Below, piece after piece: positions 52,801-64,000 of a DNA stretch of 64,000 nt. A program made the position numbers and the translations under genes. The notes under the pieces are model-generated. The model was not told the origin of the DNA. It worked only from the letters and a program-made list of their open reading frames with translations, and did no database searches. Each line of letters begins with the position of its first letter. The first letter of the stretch is position 1. The stretch is from Balanoglossus misakiensis (Eukaryota > Animalia > Hemichordata): NCBI GenBank assembly GCA_040954595.2, contig CM082576.2:8931129-8995128 (forward strand). Direction: 5' to 3'.

Positions 52801-55800
52801 TTTATTTTATCCTTAATGACCAAAATTATTTTTATGGTGAAATTAGCGTAGCAATCCATCATGTTATTATTCCGATTAGGATAATTCTTCACTATGATTT
52901 AATGATTATTATTATTATATCTATTTTTATTATAGGACAATGACGAATAAACCTCATTTGGGTGGTACCGAAGCCGACCGAACCAACGCCGAATACGTTC
53001 GCGATGAGTGGATCGAGCAAGGACTGGATTCAGCGAATATCTATTCTTACGATGTGCTGTTGTCGTACCCTGTGGAAGACAATTTGGTAAGGAAAGAACA
53101 GTCGCCAAAACAGATATCACCCAATCTGTAGTGTGATTTATTCATATGGTTAACGATGCTTGTGAAAGCCATCACCGAATGACCACGTAGTGGGGCATTT
53201 TTTCGCGTGACCACTCAGTGAAAATCTATGTTTTTGAAAAATCCATGCTTTTCATGGTGACCTTGACTAAAGTTGCATCGGTGACTGTATACCTTATCAT
53301 ATGATTGGTACATGTAGCTGACACTACCACACATGGTGTCATTTCACAAACAGGTTCAGCTGCTGGATGAAAATGGAGACGTCAACTTCACATGCGCTAT
53401 CAAAGAACAGGGTCTGAGAGAAGAGGAGGACAGGGATGACATCGTCAATCCGTTTAATGCATATTCGGGCACCGGCAATGTTACGGTAAGACCAATTCTG
53501 CTCCGTGTGCAAGTCCTTGATTTGTTTTCGTCCTGGCTGTTGTATTGTTTTTTTGTGCACAATTTTGATTTGGACGTTGTTGCAAATTTAGCATTAGTTG
53601 TAATGTTTGGTTCAAATCTAAGGATGTTAATTATATTTTGAATGATTTTTTATGTAAGGTATTACGCGCCTGGAAAAATCAAAGTCTTACACCTAACCTC
53701 ATGTTATGCTCAAGGCAACTTTTGATTAAAGGATATCATTTTTCTAAGGCGAATACTACATAAAGACAAAAAGTGGATATGATAAATAATGCTCCCTTCC
53801 AGGGAGACCTTGTCTATGTGAACTATGCGAGAGTTGAAGATTTCGATGAACTGGGAGAAATAGCGCCTGATCTGAACTTGACTGGGAAGATCCTAATTGC
53901 AAGATACGGAAAGATATTTAGAGGAAACAAGGTAAATATATGGACTATCATTTAAGGCAAAAAACAATTATTATATGTCCAAAATGGGTGAGCGCTAAAT
54001 GAAGTACATGTATATGTAATAATATAGCGATCAAACTCTGCGTTCACTTTGTAGGCTATGCACGCTGAACAACACGGAGCCATTGGTTTGATTCTTTATT
54101 CAGACCCCGCCGACTACGCGGCCGAGAACGCCACCGGTGTCTACCCGGATTCTTGGTGGTTGCCCGGCACGGGGGCTCAACGTGGCAACTTGCATACCAG
54201 CGACCATAAAGGCGACCCTCTGACCCCCGGGTACCCTGCGAAAGGCAAGTTCTCAGTCCGTGCATAAGTTTAACGTAGACAGATATTTCCAACTCGAAGA
54301 CGTTTCAAATTTAGATGTCACTTTGTGAAGGAAGCATGCAAGTTATATATACATGTACCGGTATATTATTTAAAACCGTGGAGAAAGAACAACCCATCTA
54401 TGGTAAAACTGGCGGAGCAATACAAATTGTCGGTCATTTCGGGTTTTACCTTTCAGATTATGCCTACCGCACTTCTGTGGAAGATTCGCCATTACCCACA
54501 ATTCCAGTGCATCCCATAGGCTACGATGACGCCAAAATGTTTCTGAGGTACATGCATTTCGCCTTTTCTCACTTCTCCTTTCCTCATCAAGTTTTGCCTG
54601 TGTTTCATTTAATTGTTTACAAATTCGTAACTTGTGATATTTTCGCGACATTCCCTGGTGTTTTACCCGTAAAAAAGTGTAGTTATGCATGGTGATCACC
54701 AAGATGGTGTTTGATTTTGAAGGGAGCTTAGCGGTGCTGGTGTCCCAGACGGTTGGAAAGGGGGCCTGGACATAGACTATAAACTCGGGCCAGGATTTGC
54801 AAATCTTGACAGGTGAGTCTATGACAGTACTCTGAACTACAATCACGTGCCAGGCCACACTTACATCATTATGTTCTGTTCACGTCAGATAGGATAACTT
54901 GGCGTTTTTCACGCGAATGTAGACATTGCGTTTGGGTGGGGATAGCTGCCTATATATTTATAAATGACATTTTACCTCGCCTTATTTGGTGCCCGCAAAA
55001 AATCATAAGAATTGTTGTCTAACTTGTTCTCTTTTAATCCAACAGAAAGACAAGAATGGAAATACACACCACTAACGAACGACGTCAAACCTACAACACC
55101 ATCGGTTTCATTAAAGGATCCGTAGAGCCAGGTAAAATAGAAAAAAAAAACTGATTCTGTTTTATTATACATTAAAGTTGTAATCGAAAAGAACCTGATA
55201 ATGTACGTTGTACACACAACTTCAGACTAAGGGACATAGATCAGCAATCCCACGTAGAGGTTGAACTAGAAAATTACCCCCCCCCCCACATTAACTGGCA
55301 GTGCCATCCACGGTAACCCCTATGAACATATCCCATCACGCAGATCGATACGTCATCCTTGGCAATCACCGCGATGCCTGGGTGTTTGGTGCCGTGGATC
55401 CTTCTAGCGGCACGGCGGTTATGTTGGAACTCAGCCGAGCCTTTGGGAAACTCGTTCAAGACGGTGAGTCACGCGAGAAGTGAATGAGCCTCGCTGTTGC
55501 TATGAGATGCACTGAAATGACCCATTTGCATATCTGTCCACTCGTGACAGGTGTTCACTCACTCGTCCGTTCTCTTCAAAAATGAATTTCGTCAGTTACA
55601 AGCGGGTGAATGTTTTATGTGACGTTGAATTATGCACGATATCATATCAACAAAACACCAGGATGGTACGCCTATAGGGTCTCTCCAGTGTATAGACCCT
55701 ACTTAGGGAAATTATGACATTGGGACGTTCTTTCTCTCCATATACTCGGGTTCTCAGGCTGGCGCCCGAGACGTTCAATGATATTCTGCAGCTGGGGAGC

Positions 55801-58294
55801 CGAAGAATACGGTCTCGTTGGATCTACGGAATGGGTTGAGGTGAGATGGAAAATGACACTATTGTGTTGTTGTCTTTTATCTGCAGTGGTGTTTGTATAT
55901 GTTGTGTCATAAAAGGTATTTATATTTTCACATTGCCAGCCCCACTTTGTCTTTCTTAATATCTTATTGTGAACAGGAATTTGCCAAAAATCTAGGTGCA
56001 AGAAGCGTGGCCTATATAAATGTTGATGTCGGCGTGGCTGGATCTTACGTTCTGCGGGCGAAGTCTTCTCCACTGCTGTACAAGACTATTTATCGCGCTG
56101 CTAAAAAGGTACAAGTTTGACAAACTCTTGTCACGCATCAATCATATCTTGTTCTTTCTGAGACGGTTTGATAGGACAGATATGCCTGTATCGTACAAGC
56201 CTTTATAGGCAAATATCACAAATTCTGATGTGTACATTGCCCATTGTTTCAGATTGCTTCACCCGAAGAAGTGACAGAGTCGCTGTACGATACCTGGCTG
56301 AAACGAAACTCGGATACCGAAAGAAACTTGCCTAGGTAATGGATGAACAGTCTGACACAATGCAAGTGTTGAACGATTGGTTGGGCAGGGGGGAATTTTA
56401 TTTTTCGAAATAACATGACATGGAGGAAACTTATACCGTATATACTTAAAATAATCATAAGTGTCCATTTGGCTGTTTTTTAGTATTTCGAACCTTGGAT
56501 CTGGTAGCGATTTTGCACCATTTGCGTACCAGCTTGGTGTACCTGCCGTGGACATGAGCTACCGCTATGACTCGGTAAATATTTTTTACCATGTATATCC
56601 CCGATATTAATGCTAGGCCATAGAAATTCAGGCCGTTCTTGTTACTAGTGTCGTTTATGTGTGAGGTTGGTAAAAATCTTCCCTTTTCCCTACAGAATTT
56701 AGGAATTTCATCTTACCCCGTCTACCATTCTGTGTATGAGACATTCTACCTGTTTGAGACATTCATTGACCCTAAGTTCACACGATCGCTGGCAGTGGCA
56801 CAGATGTGGGGTGAAGTGGCGCGTGATCTCGCCGAGTCCGTCATCATTCCGTTTGACTGCAACGATTATGCCGAGCAGCTGGAATCGTCAGTGGGTATCT
56901 TAAAAGGATATTACGAATCGAAGATGAATGCTAAGCAGATCACGTTTGGTATGTTTCCGTCTTTTCTGGACTTTTTCGTCCGTGTCGGAAAGAGATAAAA
57001 AAAGAGAAGTGAGTTTCCGGGCTGTTGATCCAATATACACATGTACTAATATTTGCCGAGGCTAAATGACTTGCAGTGCAAGTTATTGTTCTCTTGACTT
57101 GTTCAACTACTGACTATATGAAACTAAACTACGGACAACGTACCTGATTATGAATGTTAACATTGCTACATCCAATTCAGATGCTGTAGATGCGGCTGTG
57201 ACTAAATTCAAAAATGCAGCAAATGATTTCCATGGTATGATTGGAGACATGGCATTGGACGAGTAAGTATGTTTAACAATCTTCACCTGTCTCTCCGTGT
57301 AATTGATGGCTGGTCTTAAACGATTCAAAGTATTATCTTTTCGGCACGAAAGTTCAAATCGTTGGTGAGAAGGTGATAAAGAGTTCACCACACGTAGGCC
57401 TACTAAATGTATTCTCATAACACCTGTTGTGATTACAACCACGTCACCGCACGGTCAGCAACTTGGCTCTAACTGACCACGCCCAAGGATCTATGATGTC
57501 AATAACAATGTCACCTCGTGTGCATCTCTTATCAGCGCCATGGAAATTCGTCAAGTGAATGATCAGTTAATGAGCCTTGAACGTGCTTTTATCGATCCTC
57601 TCGGTCTACCAAACAGGAAATTTCTGAGGTAAGGTCAAAAACTCTCTGTGGTCCTGGTATTATTTCGGTATTTATCCATTTATGAAGAAAAGAAAAGTGT
57701 TAGGCCGCATCCATGTCATCGTCTTATAGAATGGAATGTCGACGTACTTTGTAAAGTGTCCCGGAGGAATCAACCATACTTGCTTTCGACGACTTTTCCT
57801 CCAGTTTGTGTGAGATCATAATACTAGAGACAAGAATTCAGAGGAGGATTGTGGGTGACTGCTCAAGCCACACAAATCTCTCCACTGCACGGGGCTTGGG
57901 TGAACTGAGCCACAGGGTTTAGTTTAAAGGGGAAATTTATGCCAGCTGATTTTTGCAAAAAAACCTAACACTTTCGCCATGTATAATTCGCTCGATTTTT
58001 TTTTTCAAAAACGAGGAAAAGAATCTCCAATATGGCGTTTACTGGCCCATTTCCGATCCAATTTGTACACTGGTGTAACCTATTCATCATGTTCTCGCCA
58101 GACACGTTGTGTACGCACCAAGCAGCACAAACTATTACGCCGGGTCTGCATTTCCCGGGATAGTTGACGCCATGTACAAACTCGAAGTGAACGGGGAAGA
58201 CACCCGATGGGACGTGGTCAGGCAACAGATGGCCGTGGTGACTTTCAGCATCGAATCGGCAGCGACCACCATGATGAAGGTGGAGCATCTGTAA
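48172..58294 (+). CDS. M28B metallopeptidase of the glutamate carboxypeptidase II / NAALADase family, paralog B; type II membrane protein, 747 aa, 17 exons
   Basis: Exons: 48172-48416, 52936-53086, 53354-53485, 53803-53931, 54055-54244, 54457-54547, 54723-54812, 55046-55131, 55344-55463, 55758-55840, 55977-56108, 56253-56335, 56484-56574, 56696-56948, 57181-57262, 57536-57628, 58102-58294. Total 2244 nt, in frame; intron 5 is GC-AG. Same motif series as paralog A ([82 protein letters not shown]) and identical intron phases. Confidence 0.95.
49426..49700. mobile_element. Possible degenerate TA-flanked MITE (non-autonomous DNA transposon)
   Basis: Ends are TACTGT...ACAGTA, with internal AAATTTCGTG / CGTGAAAATT subterminal motifs that resemble abundant marine-invertebrate MITEs. 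The terminal inverted repeat is only 6 bp exact and there is no second copy in the window. Confidence 0.35.
49832..49897. repeat. (ATG)22 trinucleotide microsatellite, intronic
   Basis: Perfect 66-nt run with degenerate units upstream (from about 49791); it generates the spurious poly-His and poly-Ile ORFs. Confidence 0.95.
50295..50366. repeat. Pentanucleotide repeat (ATGAG/ATGGG/ATGGA)n
   Basis: About 14 units with variant 4th and 5th bases. Confidence 0.9.
50966..52246 (-). CDS. Stathmin-domain protein (STMND1-like C-terminal half, long low-complexity basic N-terminus), 357 aa, 2 exons, nested antisense in intron 1 of peptidase paralog B
   Basis: Exon 1 52246-51610 ends TCT G|gtaagt; exon 2 51402-50966 starts ttcag|GT AAC. 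Phases match and the total is 1074 nt with GC-rich codons. Exon 2 reads SVAYKLEFD...[11 protein letters not shown]...[22 protein letters not shown] followed by a charged helix, which fits the stathmin pattern (AFel...pp...l+.e.l..Kl..AEeRRk). Confidence 0.72.
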
Positions 58295-59649
58295 AACGAT
58301 TGGTGTTGCAGTGAGTTGCGCTGATCGCTGTGTAAACAATCGCTGGTGTAAATTTGAACCGGATGAGCTGACTCGGTTTTGTTGGAGGGTCTTTTGACAT
58401 AAAAAATACAATTGCTTCAGGGCCAAGCTGTATGCAAGACAGCGAGTAGTGAACATAAATCGTTATTTTAAAAAGTTACACGTGTACCGTAATGTATTTG
58501 CCGTTTCCGATCTCACAAATAATCTCCTCTGCAAAATAAGAACAAAGTCATTCGAGCATTTTGGAGGTAATGTTTAGACACTTATAGTTTATTCGTTGTC
58601 CTTGCTCAAAATTACAGTTACAAGGAATTCGTACAGAAAACTTTAGAAAAATGACACAGGCCAAGTGTCTCCAAATGAAGTGTTACATTTTGGAGTTCAC
58701 GTTGACAGCGTCTTTCCGAGCATTCGTTTTCTTTGGCAAGCGGTGTGCGAGTTAGTCGCAACTTTATCCACTGATGTTATGCACCAATTGTAACTGAGAG
58801 GTAGCGCTCCTACCTCCATACCACTAACCGATTACTTTCTTTACATGGCACAGTGCAACAACGTTTTTGTCACTCGTCGATCATGCAATTTTTAAATGGA
58901 ACAACAAACTTAAGCAAATATTGCAGCGACATAATTATTATATCAAGAATATGTTAGACAGGTATATGAATATAATACATTTTGACAGTAACTCGTGTCT
59001 ACTGCCTATGGCCTAGTCAAATACCAAAAATTAACAATATAATTCACAATAATCAACAATAGGTACAAACATCAAGATTTATAACTCAAACTGTACACAC
59101 ATATCACAACACATCGTTCACAACTTTGATGTCTACGTGTACGATACCTGAAAGTGTTTGAACGATAAAAGTGGTCACATCATAAACGATATAGTTACAA
59201 ATCGCACTTTGACGTCAATTATTATGAAAACCACAGAACAGCACAACATGGCGCAGACAAGAAATCCTCAAATAACACAAAAAATATTCGACGAAATCAC
59301 ATCCATGATAAAAGACATATAAATCTATGGCAAAACCACCCAGGAACAGTTTTGAAAGTATAGTCAGCACATTTTGATTTCCAGACCTCACCTTCTAGTA
59401 TTTGGAGAGATACCCTGGTCCCCCATATTGGCCATTTACTAAACCCATATCAACCATCTATTATAGACACAAAAGTTGGTATAAGATCACCACGAAATTT
59501 TAACAATATGATCATTATTGACATACAAAAAATTCAACAAATTGTCAAACCAATAAAATGATTGCACGGCATGTTTAATTTGTTACTCAATCATGCAAGT
59601 TGGCGGCGTTTATTAACAACATGTGATTGTTATTCTGGCGAATGACCAG

Positions 59650-62600
59650 TTATGGCTGGCACTTAGAGTAAGATCGTGCTTGTTTCCCTTCCATTTCCTC
59701 GTACTGTCTATTGACACAGTCTTCAAACCGTGCAAACACGTCGTCGAGTTCCTTGTACAGCATGTCAAAGTTCCTTTCGTTTCCTATACAAATAGAAATC
59801 AAAGTGGATGTATTAGAGCGACTACTATGATTGGATTAGATAAACGGCAGACAAACGTCAACTGTGGCTGTACCTATACAACGTCACACAAGACGCTGAG
59901 ATGAACATGTACATGTCGAGGGTTTTTGGCAAGCTTTCAGAACTAAGGAAAATTGCCATCGATGTCTCTGTAGCCTGGAATACTACCCACCCCGTTCTGA
60001 GAATACAACTTTCATCACAGAGACGAATACATATTAAGAGGTCGGTTCTGCTTCGCGCATGTCACCCCCAAATAGTAAGAACACTCGCATTTCTTTCACA
60101 GCTTCACTCAATATCCCGAAGTCTCAAAATTATATATAAGCAATGCCACAATTGGCCTCTAGTTACAGACATCATCACAGCTGTCATACAACGTTTGCCA
60201 TCGTGCAATCTTACCGTTGTCGTTCATCTTGCCTCTCATCAGCTTATCTTTCCAGTAAGACCAGGCACGCCCCACCACGGTCTTCGCCTTTTTCATCAGA
60301 TATTGGGCCAATTCGTCCTGGCGTATTTTGGGTCGATTAACGCTGCGCGCCTTGATGCATGCATTGTTTATGACAGCAAGCAAGAGCATCATGAAAATCC
60401 AGACTTGAAAGAAGATGAAGGCAGACAATAGTAATTCAGGAGAGATATAGACGTCGGAGAGCAGCTCTTGTTTTCCGTGCTGAATGCAATTGACAAGTGC
60501 TCCAAAGAGAAACAACATGGTGGAGTAAAGGTCTCTGAAGAAGTGCGTTATTTGGCCGTACATCAGATGGAACAGCTGTGAAAATGCCAAGAAGAGCAAG
60601 GTTTTCAAGAAGGCGAAAGACTTCAGCTCTGGCCAAGCGACGCGCACAGTTGTCAGCAGAAAGTTGAGCTCGGGGTTAAAGCTAAGAAGGCGCAAGAAAC
60701 TGATAATTGTCATGAATGATATCACGGCCAAAAACGTCACGAAGACGTCGTCGGCGAACATCATCCAGCGCGCGCGGGAGATGGAACCTGCAAACAAAGA
60801 CAATCTGTCAAGAAACAGCAGGTGATGGAATTCAGTTGTTAATCAATCTGAATGTTGCAGTTAAGATGAAACTGGACAAAATATCTAGTTCTATGACTGG
60901 CATAGTCAAAATGTCACCACAGGCCGGTCCAAAGCATGGTTAAATACTGCGATGTCTTTCGTGCACATTCACTTTGCAAAGCACAACTAATAATCATTGT
61001 CATTCATGGTATGATAATACCCCAAGAAAATAATAACACTGATGATAACTATAAAAAGAGTCATCGTGGACCACTGTTGTTTGATGGTGTCAGGTGTAGG
61101 GAATGCGTAAGCATACCCCGTCAGCCAAGATTGAAGTGTTCATTCATTTGCGGTAAATATTGCTTCAATTTAAGAGGGAAATGTGCCTTATTACCTGAAA
61201 GTGGCCCGACTTGCTTTTGATATGTGTAGACGAATTGAAGCCTCCAAAAGTACAGTCCAATCGCCACCATACTGGCCATTATGGTCAACGTGTGCCACCA
61301 ATTCCAGAATTCTCTGAAGTACGTTCGCCTGTACAGAAATACCTTTCTGCCCCATTGCCAAGCGAAGTAGCAGACCAAAACGACGAACAGAAAAAGGACC
61401 GAAACCACGTCCGAGTCGCGTCCTTCGAGTAGACGCAGGGATTGGACGTGTACCATTGCCGCTTTCGTTGCCACGGTGTCGAACTCTGTCGTGTGTGTCA
61501 CCAGACTCAAAATGTTACAGTCCGCGTTGTACACGAGAAACTCGAGAAACAGGACCCTCGTCTGCGCACCAATCCACGACGAAGAGCTCAGGTAACTGAA
61601 CCTTCTCTCGATATCGTCTCGTTTGTTGCCCAGCTCGGCGACGTAGCCACCGCCAGAGTACAGAGTCCCGGTTGATCCCTTCAGGGGCATATTGTAGACA
61701 CTTTCATACGCACTGCTGTGTACCCATGGCGCGCCATGCTCGTTCACGACACCGTCGTTGTCCAGACTGAGAGCGGTATCCCAGTTCTTGTCGTAGGAGC
61801 CGCGGTCCTCGGCTTTGTAAGAATACTCCACACGGCATTTTTTCACGAGGTTATGCATCGGAGATGTAATTTCGCACATTTCTGTCACAAGAAAAGAAAA
61901 AGGTGCCAAATCTCGCTACATAAATAGCTGCTTTCACCGAGGCTACCACCTATACATCGGCACCATCATTTACAGCGTAGTTTTTGCATTGCGCATCATA
62001 TTTACAGGAGTGCTAGTGTCTAAGACTAAATGTAGTAGTAGAAGCGTAACAATGTCCACTACATCATAAAGTATAGGTAATGCATGCGTTACTTAATTCG
62101 TTTTCAACTGATCTATATTCCATGAGTTAAAATGGACGACCCACCTGTTTTGATTCTGTGTTGTCGGAGTCCTATGTTACCAACTAAAATAGAAACCCCG
62201 TCAGTGACCAAGGGAGATCTTCTCCAACATACTTTTTCTAGATCGTTTTCCGCTATCAACTTTGGGATTACACGACTATTGATCCATAAAACGTACTCAG
62301 ATGAATTTGTGATCTGGGAATAAATTCATGGGTGGAGGATTTTCGGAAATTACGAGAGGGAATGAAGCAGATAAATCGAGGAACAGCACAAGCGTATAGC
62401 CGTATACCACACAGATGTTAGTCACACACCTTTCATCATTTTCTAGTACTCAAGGCATGCATATTTGGACTGTGTTTGTAAATTGGTGACATGACTCTGG
62501 TGTCACCATGTAAGAAACTTGCACGAGGCCATTTCCCCTAATGCTACGCCAACTTTCTAGAAGGGCAAGATTTTGATATACAGCTAAAACAATACTTCTA

Positions 62601-64000
62601 TCGAATCGACCTGTTGTCTATCACGAATTAATGGAAATTGTTTTTACTCACGGTGTCATCCGAACTATCCTCAATGACTCCCCGAATTGCCTTGTGTCTG
62701 TAGTAAAAATCGGAATCTCTGTAGGCCAACATGATAGTGCACACGACGAGCAAGAAGAGACCATATCTGATGAGGTCAACAACAATACTGTTCATACTCT
62801 TATGTCTGTCCATCCGTTGCCTTTCCTTTAAGAGCCTTTCTTTCGATGGCGGTAGTTTATTCCAAACTAAAACAAACAAACAAACAAACAAACAAACATC
62901 AGAGTCAACGTGGATTAAAGTATGACAAATTAATTGTTAATCAGCAAAGCCATGAATGCTAGCTGTCACTCGTCACACATCTTTTGAGGAACCGACGTGT
63001 CATATTTGGATCACAAAATTCGATCCACTGCAAGTTACATTTTTAAATTAAACATATCTACATGTAGTTTGATTTGAGCAACTTACTGTACTTATCAAAT
63101 GAGCTAGTGCTTTTCACGTCTTTCTCACAATAACTGTCGATGGCCACGCTATCTTCTAGGTACGGTGTATTCCGCATACAGTAGAAAAATGATACCAGAA
63201 CGGCGATACCGAATCCCTAATGAGAATAAAGAAGTTAAAGTTTTTAACTAATAAAGTTTTGTTTTTGTTTTTGTTTTTGTCCTGCTACACGTGTTAATTA
63301 TTGATTAATTATAAGCCCATGATGTCAGAGATGTGATTGTGAGATTTCACTTGGCATCCCACGTGACCACAACGGACAAATGCCGAAATCCTGATATATT
63401 TCACAATTGTGAAATTTGAGTAGAAGTAACAAAGTAATCTGCGACAGCAGCCATACCTTCAAGGGGTCGATAACCGCCACAGACAAGAAAAATGACGATA
63501 ACTCCGCCGATAACCAGGCTTTTGACGTGTCAGGTCCCCATTCGAGGCTGTACAACACCAGGAAGAAGGACGAGAGGAAGGTGAACGTGAACAAAAGACA
63601 CCAGGCGATCCACCTGCACCACCAGGGCAGTTCAAATTTCTTTTTCTCCGGCCTGGCGTTTTTGCTCGTCGACGTCTCCTTTTGTTCCAGTCCCACCACG
63701 GGCAACCTGGTCTTGCTCTTTCTGAAGATCTCGACGGGGATGAGGGTCGCCGGCAGCGTCACCAGGCAACTCATCAGGGCAACGTAGAGCGTCTGCAGGG
63801 AGATCTTCAGAGAGCCGAGGGAGATGAACACTGTCTTGTCAGCTTTGCTGGGTCTCAGGCCAGTGTCGAAGAACATGGCGTTGGCGAGCATGGCAGCGTA
63901 CAGATACGCCACGCAGCAGGAAAGTCGCTGCACTCTAGTGAAGTGGCTGTAGGTCGGTCGGGACAGAATCGAGCCCCACAGGTAGTCATCGGTCAGCATT
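59650..64000 (-). CDS. Polycystin-1-like (PKD1L/LOV-1 family) protein, C-terminal TM/channel region; 5' part is outside the window
   Basis: Exons (minus): >64000-63457, 63216-63087, 62866-62652, 62313-62145, 61881-61195, 60787-60215, 59783-59650; phases are consistent. Motifs: YLWGSILSRPTYSHFTRVQRLSCC..YLYAAMLANAMF, LPWWCRWIAW, YSLEWG, IDPLK, LRQHR, YSGGGYV..LG, WI..QTRVLFLEF.VYN, YFREFWNW, LRLLSFN, and a C-terminal helical tail (MLYKELDDVFARFE). Minus-strand AATAAA at 58588-58593. Confidence 0.9.
62870..62897. repeat. (AAAC)n microsatellite abutting a PKD1L splice acceptor
   Basis: Seven units; on the minus strand (GTTT)n forms the T-rich tract just before tttag| at 62867. Confidence 0.85.
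63257..63279. repeat. (TTTTTG)n short repeat
   Basis: About 4 units in a PKD1L intron. Confidence 0.8.

Noticed and set aside
60159-60214. PKD1L ending at the ORF-track stop (...DDVCN*)
   Set aside because: A strong donor AAC G|gtaaga at 60215 joins in phase to a final exon 59783-59650 with a polycystin-like helical tail, so it is preferred; intron retention cannot be excluded.
59901-60431. 176-aa plus-strand ORF
   Set aside because: Antisense to a PKD1L exon and intron; no independent coding signal.

Overview
Intron-rich, AT-rich animal genomic DNA (an invertebrate bilaterian, plausibly a lophotrochozoan; taxon is inference). It is not prokaryotic, so most short ORF-track entries are non-coding noise or fragments of spliced exons. 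Gene models were built by hand from splice sites and frame continuity. From left to right: (1) the end of a prospero/Prox homeobox gene, with a last intron of more than 7.5 kb and the final coding exon at 7543-7734 (+), followed by about 26 kb with no coding sequence that contains a putative long 3' UTR and many RFX X-box-like motifs; (2) a mirror-symmetric four-gene block: an M28B peptidase of the GCPII/NAALADase family, paralog A (-, 17 exons, 827 aa); a secreted CBM9-like protein of bacterial type (-, 11 exons, 368 aa); a 303-bp bidirectional promoter; CCDC167 (+, 4 exons, 90 aa); and M28B paralog B (+, 17 exons, 747 aa, one GC-AG intron); (3) a two-exon stathmin-domain gene nested antisense inside intron 1 of paralog B; (4) the 3' part of a polycystin-1-like (PKD1L) gene (-) running off the right edge. 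I found no clearly new multi-gene system. The best leads are the intron-rich bacterial-type CBM9-like glycoprotein, the nested stathmin-like gene, the remodelled substrate pockets and N-termini of the two peptidases, and the RFX motif clusters downstream of prospero.
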